Shown in pieces: positions 39,801 to 52,534 of a stretch of DNA of 64,000 nucleotides (within the stretch, counting starts at the first letter, position 1; the number at the start of each line of letters is the position of its first letter). The DNA comes from Eledone cirrhosa (taxonomy: Eukaryota), in NCBI GenBank assembly GCA_964016885.1, contig OZ024740.1, positions 370,884,001 through 370,948,000 on the forward strand, in the 5' to 3' direction. The notes under the pieces are model-generated. The model ran no database searches. It was not told the DNA's origin and saw only the letters and a program-made list of their open reading frames with translations. A program made the translations under genes and the position numbers.

Positions 39801-42551
39801 GGATTTACAGAAACCCATGAAGCTAGATTTAACACCTTTCTAGTGGGTCCGGGTATGATTTTACATTCATTTAAATTATTGACGTATTGTTTTATTGATA
39901 TTTTTTATCTGTTTGGCCCGAATCTTCCTTTATCGATTTTAAATCGTATGGTTGATTGTAGACTTGTTCTATATGTGACGGTATTTTAACGATAGTTATA
40001 GCTCTGATTCATCTGAATTATTGAGCCCTCTGCCGCTCATATCGAATTCCGTTTATCGTGAACTCGTGCGCCGATTTTTCGATACTCGATCTTTCTAATA
40101 TATTTAGCTCTGGACATAGCTATCCACCAGTTAATTTTATTGCTCATTTTTTGTCGATTCTATTGAGTGATGAATAGCTTTTGTTTTATTTTAACATGTC
40201 TATTGAGCACTCTAATTCGATATGTGTATTTCCACATTCACTCGAATTGTTTTCGCGGATATAGGGGTCATCTCCCTTGTCTAATGCCATGTGCGTTTTT
40301 CACCGCTAGTTGACTCCTTTGCCGCCAGGATAAAACTCGTTGACAACGTAAACTCCGTTCCACTTATTCTAGTAGGCTTTTATATTTATATGTGAGCTGA
40401 TAGAGTACAGTCTAAGGATTTACAGAAACCCATGAAGCTAGATTTAACACCTTTCTAGTGGGTCCGGGTATGATTTTACATTCATTTAAATTATTGACGT
40501 ATTGTTTTATTGATATTTTTTATCTGTTTGGCCCGAATCTTCCTTTATCGATTTTAAATCGTATGGTTGATTGTAGACTTGTTCTATATGTGACGGTATT
40601 TTAACGATAGTTATAGCTCTGATTCATCTGAATTATTGAGCCCTCTGCCGCTCATATCGAATTCCGTTTATCGTGAACTCGTGCGCCGATTTTTCGATAC
40701 TCGATCTTTCTAATATATTTAGCTCTGGACATAGCTATCCACCAGTTAATTTTATTGCTCATTTTTTGTCGATTCTATTGAGTGATGAATAGCTTTTGTT
40801 TTATTTTAACATGTCTATTGAGCACTCTAATTCGATATGTGTATTTCCACATTCACTCGAATTGTTTTCGCGGATATAGGGGTCATCTCCCTTGTCTAAT
40901 GCCATGTGCGTTTTTCACCGCTAGTTGACTCCTTTGCCGCCAGGATAAAACTCGTTGACAACGTAAACTCCGTTCCACTTATTCTAGTAGGCTTTTATAT
41001 TTATATGTGAGCTGATAGAGTACAGTCTAAGGATTTACAGAAACCCATGAAGCTAGATTTAACACCTTTCTAGTGGGTCCGGGTATGATTTTACATTCAT
41101 TTAAATTATTGACGTATTGTTTTATTGATATTTTTTATCTGTTTGGCCCGAATCTTCCTTTATCGATTTTAAATCGTATGGTTGATTGTAGACTTGTTCT
41201 ATATGTGACGGTATTTTAACGATAGTTATAGCTCTGATTCATCTGAATTATTGAGCCCTCTGCCGCTCATATCGAATTCCGTTTATCGTGAACTCGTGCG
41301 CCGATTTTTCGATACTCGATCTTTCTAATATATTTAGCTCTGGACATAGCTATCCACCAGTTAATTTTATTGCTCATTTTTTGTCGATTCTATTGAGTGA
41401 TGAATAGCTTTTGTTTTATTTTAACATGTCTATTGAGCACTCTAATTCGATATGTGTATTTCCACATTCACTCGAATTGTTTTCGCGGATATAGGGGTCA
41501 TCTCCCTTGTCTAATGCCATGTGCGTTTTTCACCGCTAGTTGACTCCTTTGCCGCCAGGATAAAACTCGTTGACAACGTAAACTCCGTTCCACTTATTCT
41601 AGTAGGCTTTTATATTTATATGTGAGCTGATAGAGTACAGTCTAAGGATTTACAGAAACCCATGAAGCTAGATTTAACACCTTTCTAGTGGGTCCGGGTA
41701 TGATTTTACATTCATTTAAATTATTGACGTATTGTTTTATTGATATTTTTTATCTGTTTGGCCCGAATCTTCCTTTATCGATTTTAAATCGTATGGTTGA
41801 TTGTAGACTTGTTCTATATGTGACGGTATTTTAACGATAGTTATAGCTCTGATTCATCTGAATTATTGAGCCCTCTGCCGCTCATATCGAATTCCGTTTA
41901 TCGTGAACTCGTGCGCCGATTTTTCGATACTCGATCTTTCTAATATATTTAGCTCTGGACATAGCTATCCACCAGTTAATTTTATTGCTCATTTTTTGTC
42001 GATTCTATTGAGTGATGAATAGCTTTTGTTTTATTTTAACATGTCTATTGAGCACTCTAATTCGATATGTGTATTTCCACATTCACTCGAATTGTTTTCG
42101 CGGATATAGGGGTCATCTCCCTTGTCTAATGCCATGTGCGTTTTTCACCGCTAGTTGACTCCTTTGCCGCCAGGATAAAACTCGTTGACAACGTAAACTC
42201 CGTTCCACTTATTCTAGTAGGCTTTTATATTTATATGTGAGCTGATAGAGTACAGTCTAAGGATTTACAGAAACCCATGAAGCTAGATTTAACACCTTTC
42301 TAGTGGGTCCGGGTATGATTTTACATTCATTTAAATTATTGACGTATTGTTTTATTGATATTTTTTATCTGTTTGGCCCGAATCTTCCTTTATCGATTTT
42401 AAATCGTATGGTTGATTGTAGACTTGTTCTATATGTGACGGTATTTTAACGATAGTTATAGCTCTGATTCATCTGAATTATTGAGCCCTCTGCCGCTCAT
42501 ATCGAATTCCGTTTATCGTGAACTCGTGCGCCGATTTTTCGATACTCGATC

Positions 42552-42563
<12 letters not shown>
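33805..42563 (+). repeat. Tandem array: 14 full copies + 149 bp of a 615-bp unit, flanked by (TA)n
   Basis: TGTAGACTTGTTC recurs exactly every 615 bp (33807, 34422 ... 42417). No differences noticed by eye. Confidence 0.97.
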
Positions 42564-42616
<53 letters not shown>

Positions 42617-42808
42617 GTATAGGATTATCCTGGATGCAGTAATGGTTAATTACTACACTGGATAGAGTTGACGTACGGTGAGAGGTTACTCAACGAGTTA
42701 TGGAAGAATAGTTGAAGAAACTCAGTTCCTGATTCTTCTGTATTCCGGAGTGTAGATAAAGAATGAATAATAACAGGTAGACATCATAAAAAGGTAATTT
42801 ATTCTGTG

Positions 42809-42920
42809 TGCTTACAAATGTTTCCATGGTGGTTATACAGCCTAGTTATGCTATGTGCAAATTTATAACTATTTGCAAAACTCAATTATCAAATGCTGTG
42901 ACCACTGAATCATCAGAGCA
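42809..42920 (-). ncRNA. Type I hammerhead motif with extended stem II
   Basis: tgct-CTGATGA-ttcagtggtcacagc...gctgtataaccaccatg-GAAA-catttg-TA-agca. The base of stem II is imperfect. Confidence 0.65.
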
Positions 42921-43010
42921 GAATGGTTAAAATGTAAAATGAAAATGCCCTTAAGTGAGGTTAAAGGAGTAGAAAAGGAAGAGAGAAAAGAAGGGGAGAG
43001 GGAGATAGAA

Positions 43011-43012
<2 letters not shown>

Positions 43013-43079
<67 letters not shown>
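43013..43079. repeat. (GA)n microsatellite
   Basis: Seen directly. Confidence 0.95.
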
Positions 43080-43083
<4 letters not shown>

Positions 43084-43667
43084 GGGGTTGGAGAAATGGG
43101 AGAGAGTGGTTTGTAGATATCTTAATCAAAATGTTGTGGTAGGGGTTTTATTATACTGGTTACTCTTAAAGCGACCACCTTAAGCGATGCGTTGATAGTC
43201 AAGGTTGGAATTATTTATTGCCACAGAGGGCAGGTTCATAGATGTGGAGAGGGAGGGAGGTGGACCTAGGGTAAGAGAGAGAGAGAGAGAGAGGGGGGAA
43301 TGGAGAGAGAGGGAGAAATAGAGAGGGGACAGACGAAAGCTATGGGAGGGGTGTACATTGAGTTCATAGTAGTAGGCTACAAATTGCACTAAGTTTCCAT
43401 TTATAGTGATAAGCAGGGTATTGTCTTGTAGTGTGGGGGAAGAGAAAGTCGTTAGCTAGAAAGCAATGTTATAGTTACGGGTTCGAATGTTAAGTTATTT
43501 TATAGTGAGAGAATTTAGCCTTCAGTTTGTGGTTGCAGTATAATGATCGTTCGATTCTATCATTTAGTAATTTACTTTTGGATTTTAAGATGTAAAAGAG
43601 TTCAAGGTTACATAACCTACAGTACTTCAATCCACTCCGATCGGAGTGGATTGAAGTACTGTAGGTT

Positions 43668-44659
43668 GCGCATTAGGAGGCGCGAGGATCGAGTGAGGAT
43701 ACGTTGGGTGGAGGGCGAAGCGGGGGGGGTGGAAGTGTAGACGGAAGCCGAGGGGGATAAGGTGGAGGTGGGGGCAGTGGCTGAGGAAATGGATGTGGCT
43801 GGAGTGCCGGGTTTTGGCGAAGAGGAGGTGGGAGAGTTGGAGGGCCTAGGGGAGATAGCAGGGTGGGGGAGGGGGGAGGAAAAGTTTGAGGAGGGTGTGG
43901 AGTTGGTGGAGAAAGGATCGCAGGCTGGGCATGGTGGGCGTGGAGTGAAAGCAGGGGGAGGAATGAGAAGGGATGTGTGTGATGCGGGGGGAAGGGGTGA
44001 GTGCGAAAGGTAGGCAGAGACGGGGGAGGGAAAATCAAACAGAAATAACGTAAGGAGAGGAGAGTAAACACAGGAAAATCATAAACAAAAAATCAATCGT
44101 AAATAAACACAGGCAATCATGGACAAAAAATCATAGACATAAATAAACAAATACAGTAAATAAATCAATCAAAAAGTAATGCAAAGAAAGGAAAAAACGG
44201 ATTGTGGGAAGGTGTGGGGAAATTTCAGAGAGTGGTCACGACGGATTAGATCGGGGTTGAGCCGGTAGTCAAGGTGATATTCCAAGGTGGTATGGAAGCC
44301 GTGGGAGCGTGTATTGTATAGTGGAAAATGGAACGGGAACAAAACAGAGAGGCAGTACGAACAAAGGTTTATTAGTTTCATGCTCTTGGGAGTGGGGGTG
44401 GGGGAACGACGTTTCGGGCATAAGCCCTTCTTCAGGCGAAAAGTGTGTGGGAAGAGAGTTTCGAGGGTGTGTAGAGGAGTGGAGGAGAGACATTTAGAAA
44501 AAAAAGGGGGCGTGGAAGGGGTACAAATAAAAATTTAAAAAATAAAAATAAAAATAAACATGAAGATAAACAAGTGGTGGAAGGTGTGGGGCGTGTAGGA
44601 GTGGTGGCGGGTGGAGTGTCCGAGCGGGGAGGGCTGAAGGTGGTGTATGTGTGTAGGTG

Positions 44660-44707
<48 letters not shown>

Positions 44708-45880
44708 TGAGAGTTGGGGGAAGAACGAGGTTCCATGTTCAGGAAAAAGTGCGTGTGTGGGGTGGGGTGTAGGTCGGTGGGTGTGTGGGTGTGTGGATGG
44801 GAAGGGGTCAGAGGGGTGGGAGAGTGAGGGAGAGGATTCCGGAGGCTGCGTGTGTATATGTGTGGGGCTACGCACGTGTGTGTGGTGTTTATACGTATTG
44901 TGGATGTAGGTGGCGTCGTTCGAAAAAAAATGTTTGTGAGTGTATGTCCGTGAGTAAGTTCCTAAGGTAGTTCCGTAGAGGGTGTGGTGCGATCCGGATA
45001 TTTTCCATGTGATGGAGTTGATAGTGGGAACGATGGCCAATGGTGTGTAATCCGTGGCTGTGTTGGTCGGAAGAGGGGAGGTGTGGGGTGCGCGCGCAAC
45101 AGGAAGTGGTCAGCGGGTCAAGGCAGGAGGAGGGTAGAGGAGAGTGACAGGTGGAGAGGGCTGTGTGTCTGTGTGTGCAGAGAAGTGGTCAGAGGGTCAA
45201 GTCATAGAAGCAGTAGAGGAGAATGGCAGGTGGAGAAAGTCAGTGTGTCAGTGTGTGCAGAGGTGCAGTGGACAGGGGAGAGGATGGGTAGGTGTGAAAG
45301 GTGGAGTGGGGAGGGGGTCGTGCGGTGGATGGGGTGTGCATTAGTAGAGGTGTTAGTGGGATGTGTGTGTGTGTGTGTGTGTGAAGGGGCGTGGGTGAAG
45401 CGAGGAGAGGGAGAGAAAAGGTGTGGGGGACGATGGAGGGAGTGTAGTGTACTGGTGTGTGTGTGTGCGTGTTTGGATGAGTGTGTGTGTGGTGAAGGGG
45501 TGTTAGTGGGTGTTAGTATACTGGTGGTGGGGAAAGGGTTGAATGCGGGTGTGTTAGTGTTGTTAGTTGTGGGGTGGGCGGTGAAAAGGAGGAGTGTGTT
45601 AGTGGTGTTAGTGGGGGATATGTGTGGGGGGGACATGGCGGTCGAAGGCTAAAGGAATAGGGGTGCGGTGTTCAGGCCGGGGGGAGTGTGGGTCTGTAGG
45701 GTGAAGATGGTGCGTTGTTCGACCCTGAGGCGGGTGGCATTGGAGTAGGCCACAGACTGTGAGGTGGTGCGCGGAATGTTCAGGGGAGCCAAAGTGGCGG
45801 GCGATGGGGGAACTCCCGCCGAGACGAATATTCCGGAGGTGTTCAGTGAAACGGTCCGCCAGGCGACGTCCAGTATAGAA
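43668..45880 (-). mobile_element. Penelope-like (Neptune-type) element 3' part: GIY-YIG C-terminus + long C/A-rich 3' region with hammerhead
   Basis: TGRRLADRFTEHLRNI...PIARHF...HS...EQRTIFTLQTHTPPGLN (45650-45876, frameshifted). Minimal HHR at 44405-44439. Confidence 0.75.
44405..44439 (-). ncRNA. Minimal Penelope-type hammerhead
   Basis: CTGAAGA-a-gggc(ttat)gccc-GAAACGTC, the minimal dimer-forming type. Stem I is weak in this copy. Confidence 0.7.
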
Positions 45881-47218
45881 TGCCATTACTATGTGTGTGT
45901 ATGTATGTATATATATATATATATTGCCTCCTTAACCTCTGTATTAACTTGCCTATTATATTGCTACTCTGTTAATGTTGTCTTATACATGTATGTTATT
46001 GATGATGAGAAAGCTAGACAACCCTTTCATCTAATATAGACCACACAAATATTACTATCCTCACTACAGTGATAAATTCTTCATCTGTCAGATAATAAAT
46101 GATTCTTACGGCCACCAGACCTACATTGTTTAAAGTCACCGGCTTATCTTTACACTATATATAATACACCCCCATGACAGCTTTTACATGTCAATTTTAT
46201 ACATCTGCCTCATGTCAGCTAGTTTTACACGCTAAAATCATAGATATACTATATTTCCCACCTAGATTGATGTTGTGATTATTTCAAATAATTTATTGCT
46301 AGCATTGTTAGTATTGTTGTTATTGTTCTGATTGAATGCCATTACTACTATATATAGTAGCCATGCCTGTATATTCCTTTCATTCTCACAAGCTCCGATG
46401 AATTGACTGGTTATAACTTTGTATTGGTGATCGAATGACGTGAAAACAAGCGGGTAGCGATCTCTAGACCTACCAGTTCAAAGAAACAATTGTCAGCAAT
46501 GAGATTAAAAACCTTTTTTGTATAGCAAACCGTGTCACTCTTCTTTCCTGATTTATCATTACTCCAAGTGTTTACAACATAGGAATTACAGCGTACTCGC
46601 AACATCACTATGGAAACGCCTTGTTGATTCAAACTTAGCCAAGCGTTGATATCATCCACTACCCGGAGTACCATAACTGGACTACACTTAAGTGGACTAC
46701 CTATAACAATAATTTGTTACCCCGTATATATATATATATCAAAGGGAAATAAGGTTCTATACAAAACAGTAGTTATATAGCAAAAGTGGAATTGGAAATA
46801 GCACGGAAAACATATTTAAAGGGTCTGTTTTTCTTTTTTTTTATTCTTTGATCCGTCAAAGTGATATTATTGAAAAAATGAGAGGAAAAAAAAGGAGTTT
46901 TATAATGTATATAAAATATAACCGGTTTCCATGTACCAGTGTAATCCATCTTATTAAATGTTGAATATTACAATTAGAAAGAATTAACAAAGAATAAGAA
47001 ATTTTTCTGAATATATATATGTGCGTATCTCAATTGTGTTAAAGGGCTGGTCAAGAGTTCAGATGGGGGTGGCGAAGGGGATAAACGTAATCTAGAGACA
47101 ATTGCTATAGGAGAGAGAGGTATATGGGATTGTCAAAAGTATAGGATTGTAAAAGATATTCTATTTTAGGAATATGGTTTTAGAGGGTATGTGTATGTAT
47201 GTGCGAGTGTGTATATAA

Positions 47219-47372
<154 letters not shown>

Positions 47373-47645
47373 GTGAGTGTGATGGGATCAAAACTTAGTC
47401 AGAGAAATATTTTTATGCATATATACAAATATAATATATAAAAAGAGAGAGGAGGAGAAGAAAGAGACAACATTATTGTAGGCTCATTAAAAGATCATAG
47501 CGTTTACAGAATAATGACTTCTAATCGGAGTCTACTGGCGTGCGATGTCGTGAATATTGGTTAGAATTACATTAAACAAACTAATATTAATGATATATAT
47601 GTGTGTGTAGAGAGAGGGGGGGGGAGAATATTATATAATATATAT

Positions 47646-47731
<86 letters not shown>

Positions 47732-48411
47732 AATTCATATATGCGCTCATGTATGCGCTCGCGTATGTGTGTGTGTATAAGATGAAAAAAGTCGACAGAG
47801 AAACTGTAAGCTCTATTACGAGTGGATAGATATCAAAGCATTTAATAATCTGTTAAGATACTAGAGGAGGAAGATATTAAGACGATGTATCCATCAAAAG
47901 TATTATTTTTAATTGTGACGACCTAGTTCTTATCAATTGGTCAGGCACACGTTACCTTTTGAAAGGAGAATTTCTCAATAAAAATAGCAGTTCTGTATGT
48001 GTGCGGTCATTTTTTTTTCTTGTATGTCTGTGTACGTGTTCGTGTCTGTATCTTTAAGGTTATCTGTGCATATGCGTACATGCAGATGTGTATAGTTACA
48101 CACTATATATAGGTATGTATGTGTGTGTGTCTGTGTATTCTCATATATGTGTGTGTGTCTGTGTTTGTGTGTATGTGTGACACGGTGTTACAATGCCATA
48201 GGTGCACATAGTATCTTGTGGTAGTAGCATATATATATTCTAGTTGTAGTTGGTAAAATTCCAAAATTTTAGAGCAACCCATATCTGTGGACGAGTTATG
48301 ATTACACATAATATATGATACAAACATACATACATACATACATACATACATACATACATACATACATACATACATACATACATACATACATACATACATA
48401 CATACATACAT

Positions 48412-49016
48412 GGTGGCTGCCAACTCGTTTTCGAGTACGGCCACTACTTTATAATCAATGTAGGAGAACCCCTATCGATGCGCTGAACGAGTGTGACTTT
48501 TAGTCCAGCCAGCGACTTGAAAACTCTGGTACAAACACTACACTTGTGACAATTATTGACACATAGTGCTGGGCCCATGGTACCATGTGACGACAAGTGC
48601 AGAGAGATCTCCAGATATAAAGCAATGCCTGTGCCGTGAAGCTTTTATAGTGAGCAAAGGCACTGCACAAAGCCAGTCCCACTCTCTTAACCAAGATGAT
48701 ATTTACCAAAAAGAAGAACAAGTCAACATCATTGGATACCATCAGGGTTGCAGGTGTTATATCAGCGTTTTCCTTCTCCTAGAATTCTGCCTTGACAAAG
48801 GCTAAGGGGTCATCTCTCCCGATGATTTTGGATGGCCATTGACTCTAAGAGCTCCTTTGCCCTTTGACAGGTTTTGTTTTAGTCCTGCAGGATTTCGAAA
48901 GTCACCCTCCTCACCAAAAAACCTTGGTGGGGTTGCCAGTTTAGTCGCCAACGACCCGACCATGAGACAGGTTGTACTGGGATACATGTTACCAGTAGCA
49001 CCAACTGGTGACCTGA
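48412..49016 (-). mobile_element. (CATA)n-embedded non-autonomous retroelement, longest copy (~605 bp)
   Basis: Same 3' end as copies 1 and 3. The 5' part has TCTAGGAGAAGGAAAACGCTGA, resembling RTE 5'UTRs. (TATG)n tail; no long ORF. Confidence 0.8.
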
Positions 49017-49035
49017 CATACATACATACATACAT

Positions 49036-49434
49036 GGTGGCTGCCAACTCGTTTTCGAGTACGGCCACTACTTTATATCCATGTAGGAGAACCCCTACCG
49101 ATGCGCTGAACGAGTGGGACTTTTAAGTCCAGCCAGCGACTTGAAAACTCTGGTACAAACACTACACTTATGACAATTATTGACACAATGCAGGGCCATG
49201 GTACCATGTGACGACAAGTGCAGAGAGATCTCCAGATATAAAGCAATGCCTGTGCCGTGAAGCTTTTATAGTGAGCAAAGGCACTGCACAAAGCCAGTCC
49301 CACTCTCTTAACCAAGATGATATTTACCAAAAAGAAGAACGAGTCAACATCATTGGATACCATCAGGGCTGCAGGTGTTATATCAGAGTTTTCCTTCTCC
49401 TAGAATTCTGCCTTGACAAAGGCTAAGGGGTCAT
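49036..49434 (-). mobile_element. (CATA)n-embedded non-autonomous retroelement, copy 3 (5'-truncated)
   Basis: Near-identical to 48412-48813. Confidence 0.8.
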
Positions 49435-49511
49435 CATACATACATACATACATACATACATACATACATACATACATACATACATACATACATACATACA
49501 TACATACATAC

Positions 49512-49889
49512 ATAACATCCACCTCGAAGGATACTTCATGAAATCCAAGAACAAGAAATGGCCACCAAGTACCTACTGCACAAAAGAAGAAAGTCATTAA
49601 TTGACAATAAATGTAGACTGTCCAAAACAAAGACCGAAGATGTTAGCCAACTGTGTAAGAATATCTTTTGATAGTACCTCTCCATAAGGCATGATATGAT
49701 AGATAGAACAATCTGAAATATACTACAAAACGCAAAAATTTAAATAAATGTGAAGGAATATGTTGAGACTTATAACTCAAAGAAATATTGGAGGGAGCAC
49801 TACAATTGAAAACCTCCAGCAAATTAATACACAACTAGCCATGACTGAACTCGGATTTGTGGAAAAGCCACCGTTTCCAACTGATCCGG
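49512..49889 (+). mobile_element. R4/Dong-like LINE fragment, related to 12290-13225
   Basis: ATAACATC..ACCTCGAAGGATAC...CAAGAAATGGCCACCAAGTACCT parallels 12512-12580, and ATGACTGAACTCGGATTTGTGGA parallels 13041-13062. Confidence 0.7.
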
Positions 49890-50089
49890 NNNNNNNNNNN
49901 NNNNNNNNNNNNNNNNNNNNNNNNNNNNNNNNNNNNNNNNNNNNNNNNNNNNNNNNNNNNNNNNNNNNNNNNNNNNNNNNNNNNNNNNNNNNNNNNNNNN
50001 NNNNNNNNNNNNNNNNNNNNNNNNNNNNNNNNNNNNNNNNNNNNNNNNNNNNNNNNNNNNNNNNNNNNNNNNNNNNNNNNNNNNNNNNN
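49890..50089. other. Assembly gap (200 N)
   Basis: Seen directly. Confidence 1.
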
Positions 50090-50268
50090 AAGAAGAAGAA
50101 GAAGAAGAAGAAGAAGAAGAAGAAGAAGAAGAAGAAGAAGAAGAAGAAGAAGAAGAAGAAGAAGAAGAAGAAGAAGAAGAAGAAGAAGAAGAAGAAGAAG
50201 AAGAAGAAGAAGAAGAAGAAGAAGAAGAAGAAGAAGAAGAAGAAGAAGAAGAAGAAGAAGAAGAAGAA
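50090..50268. repeat. (GAA)n microsatellite
   Basis: Seen directly. Confidence 0.97.
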
Positions 50269-50679
50269 ATAATGACCGAGTTTCTTTACTATGACATCAA
50301 AAAACTCCAGACTAATAACTAACGTAGATCCGGCCTAGTTTTTATATGACCTCTTGTCACTCCTATTGAAGGACACGAAAGAAAATTCCAAATAGCGAGT
50401 GTCAAGAAGAAAATCTTAATGACTGTTATACCTTATCCCTTTGTTGGAGTGTGAGAAACTTGAGGTGCGGTTCAAGTGGTTATTCTCAGTGAAGATAGGG
50501 AGGGGTACTGATTGAAATAACATTTTATTAGTCAAATAGCAGGGAGCGGGTTAGTAATCAAATCTCCCTCAGATTTCACCCTACCCAATTTTAAATGGAA
50601 GGAGACCTGTGTAACCGGGATAATGTAATCAAATATTTTTATAATTTAACCTCCATTGATCTGATGACGATACAGAGTT

Positions 50680-50970
50680 CTCAATTGATTCGATCAACGG
50701 AACTACTTGCTCGTGTAACCAACGTGCAAGTGGCTTAACATTCCTTAGACACATGCACCCCTCCTGTAGTTCTCTGGTAAATTTAGCGTGACACAATGTG
50801 TGACAAAGCTGGTCTCTTGAATTACAGGTACAACTCATTTTTGCCAACTGAGTTGACTGAAGGAACGTAGAATAAAGTGCATTGCTCGACAACATAATGC
50901 GCCGCTCGGTCCAGGAATCGAACTTACGACTTTGCGATCGTGAGCCGAGCACCCTAATCACTATGTCTTA
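50680..50970 (-). mobile_element. tRNA-derived CORE-like SINE (family 2)
   Basis: Minus strand TAGTGATTAGGGTG...AGTTCGATTCCTGG head followed by a CORE-like segment. Paralog at 57745-58005. Confidence 0.75.
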
Positions 50971-52534
50971 TGCTTTAAACAAAGACCGAATTGTTATGGA
51001 GTGGACACTTTTGGTCATAGGTTTATTCATTTAAGGTTAACCTGGGGCTAAACAGAAATTCTTTTGTTTGTTGTCGTTGTTGTTGGTTTTTGTGGGGGGT
51101 GGGGTTTCAACTACTTTCTAGAAATACATCAGAGTGATATAAATACATTATGTATCTCACTAGCAATCTGTATGTCTATCAATGTGCATTTTATATCGCT
51201 TGATGAAAGGAAGAGGATCAGCTCGGCGCTCTTGACTCTTTTCAGGTCACCCGAGACTAGTGAAAGGAAAGAAAGAAGGTATCCTTCAATCGAAGCCAAT
51301 CCGGTGTTTAAGGCACCCAAAAACCAGGTGATTATATTAAGTCTAAAATATGTTAGTACTCATTGGGTTGCTCGAATAATAATGAGCATAAAGCTAAAAG
51401 CGCATTTTGAGTGTTGTATTTGCAGACTCCTTGTCAATGGCCTAAAGTTATCTTCTTTATGTTCTTCAATATTTTTCTCTCTACAGTAACATCTGGACTG
51501 CTCTGGCTTCAACAATAGAGCCTGATTTTTTTTTTATTAATTTGTAGTCACAAACAACAATATGATAATGGTGTTGGGGACGGGGGTTACATTGTTGACG
51601 TTTCACCGCTATTATGACTACCAACATTATTTTTTTGTACGTGTAAACATAACTCAAGAAGAAGTTTAAATATAAGTTTGAAAACTGAGGCAAAGGAAAG
51701 AAGTTCCAGCTAAATCTTGGGGACGATGAACAGAATCTCCATACGCTTTAAATGCACAAAACATTTCTGATATCCAAGTGTTTAAAAGGTGACAGCAAAA
51801 GGGCACCCAGGAGTCATTACTTGGATGCGGCCCGGCTCCCTTAGAGTGTAAGAGATTAAGGGCCAAAACACTTGCATAAAGAAGGCTTCTTCTCTGAAGA
51901 TCTGCTGTTCAGCTCTCCCGATAATTTCTTAATCCTTAATTTGTTGTCACAAACAACAATATGTATTTAGTCGGTGTTTTTTTTTTATTCTTACGTTCTA
52001 CCAATATACTTGTGATTCATTAATATTACACACGTACATAATTGCATACACACGTACATAATTGCATACATACGTTCATACATATGTATCCTTATTAGGC
52101 CTAATGAGGGCGATGGATTGTCCGGTGCTCTGCCGAGACTCCAATCCACAACCCTTTCCTCCTAGTTATTATAATAAATAATAGGAGTATTGAAAAGTAA
52201 TCCTCTCCTCAGATAAGTAGCCCTGTTCGAAATGCTAGATTTTTTCCATTTCCTAATCTATTCCACTGAGTGAATTTTTTATATTTACTATTTGCACGCC
52301 ATCGTTAGTTTTCTTGAGTTCTACAGTTTCATTCAATAGAAATTCGGATTTGTTTTATAATTGAAGATGTAATCTGAAAAACCGAAATTCTTACACGTAC
52401 ACATTTGTTCAACATATTTACGCGTGTAATATTACGCGTGTAATATTACGTGTGTAATATTAACTCGCTTTGAGTTTATTACATAACTACACATCCACAT
52501 TCACATCAATATTAACATTATTTTGGGTGTTCAG

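Noticed and set aside
33805-42563. CRISPR array or coding tandem gene (615 = 205 codons)
   Set aside because: No variable spacers, and no ORF of 60 aa or more in any frame in the supplied track.
51064-51930. Coding-like ORFs
   Set aside because: No recognisable domain, stops in all frames, no clear splice structure.
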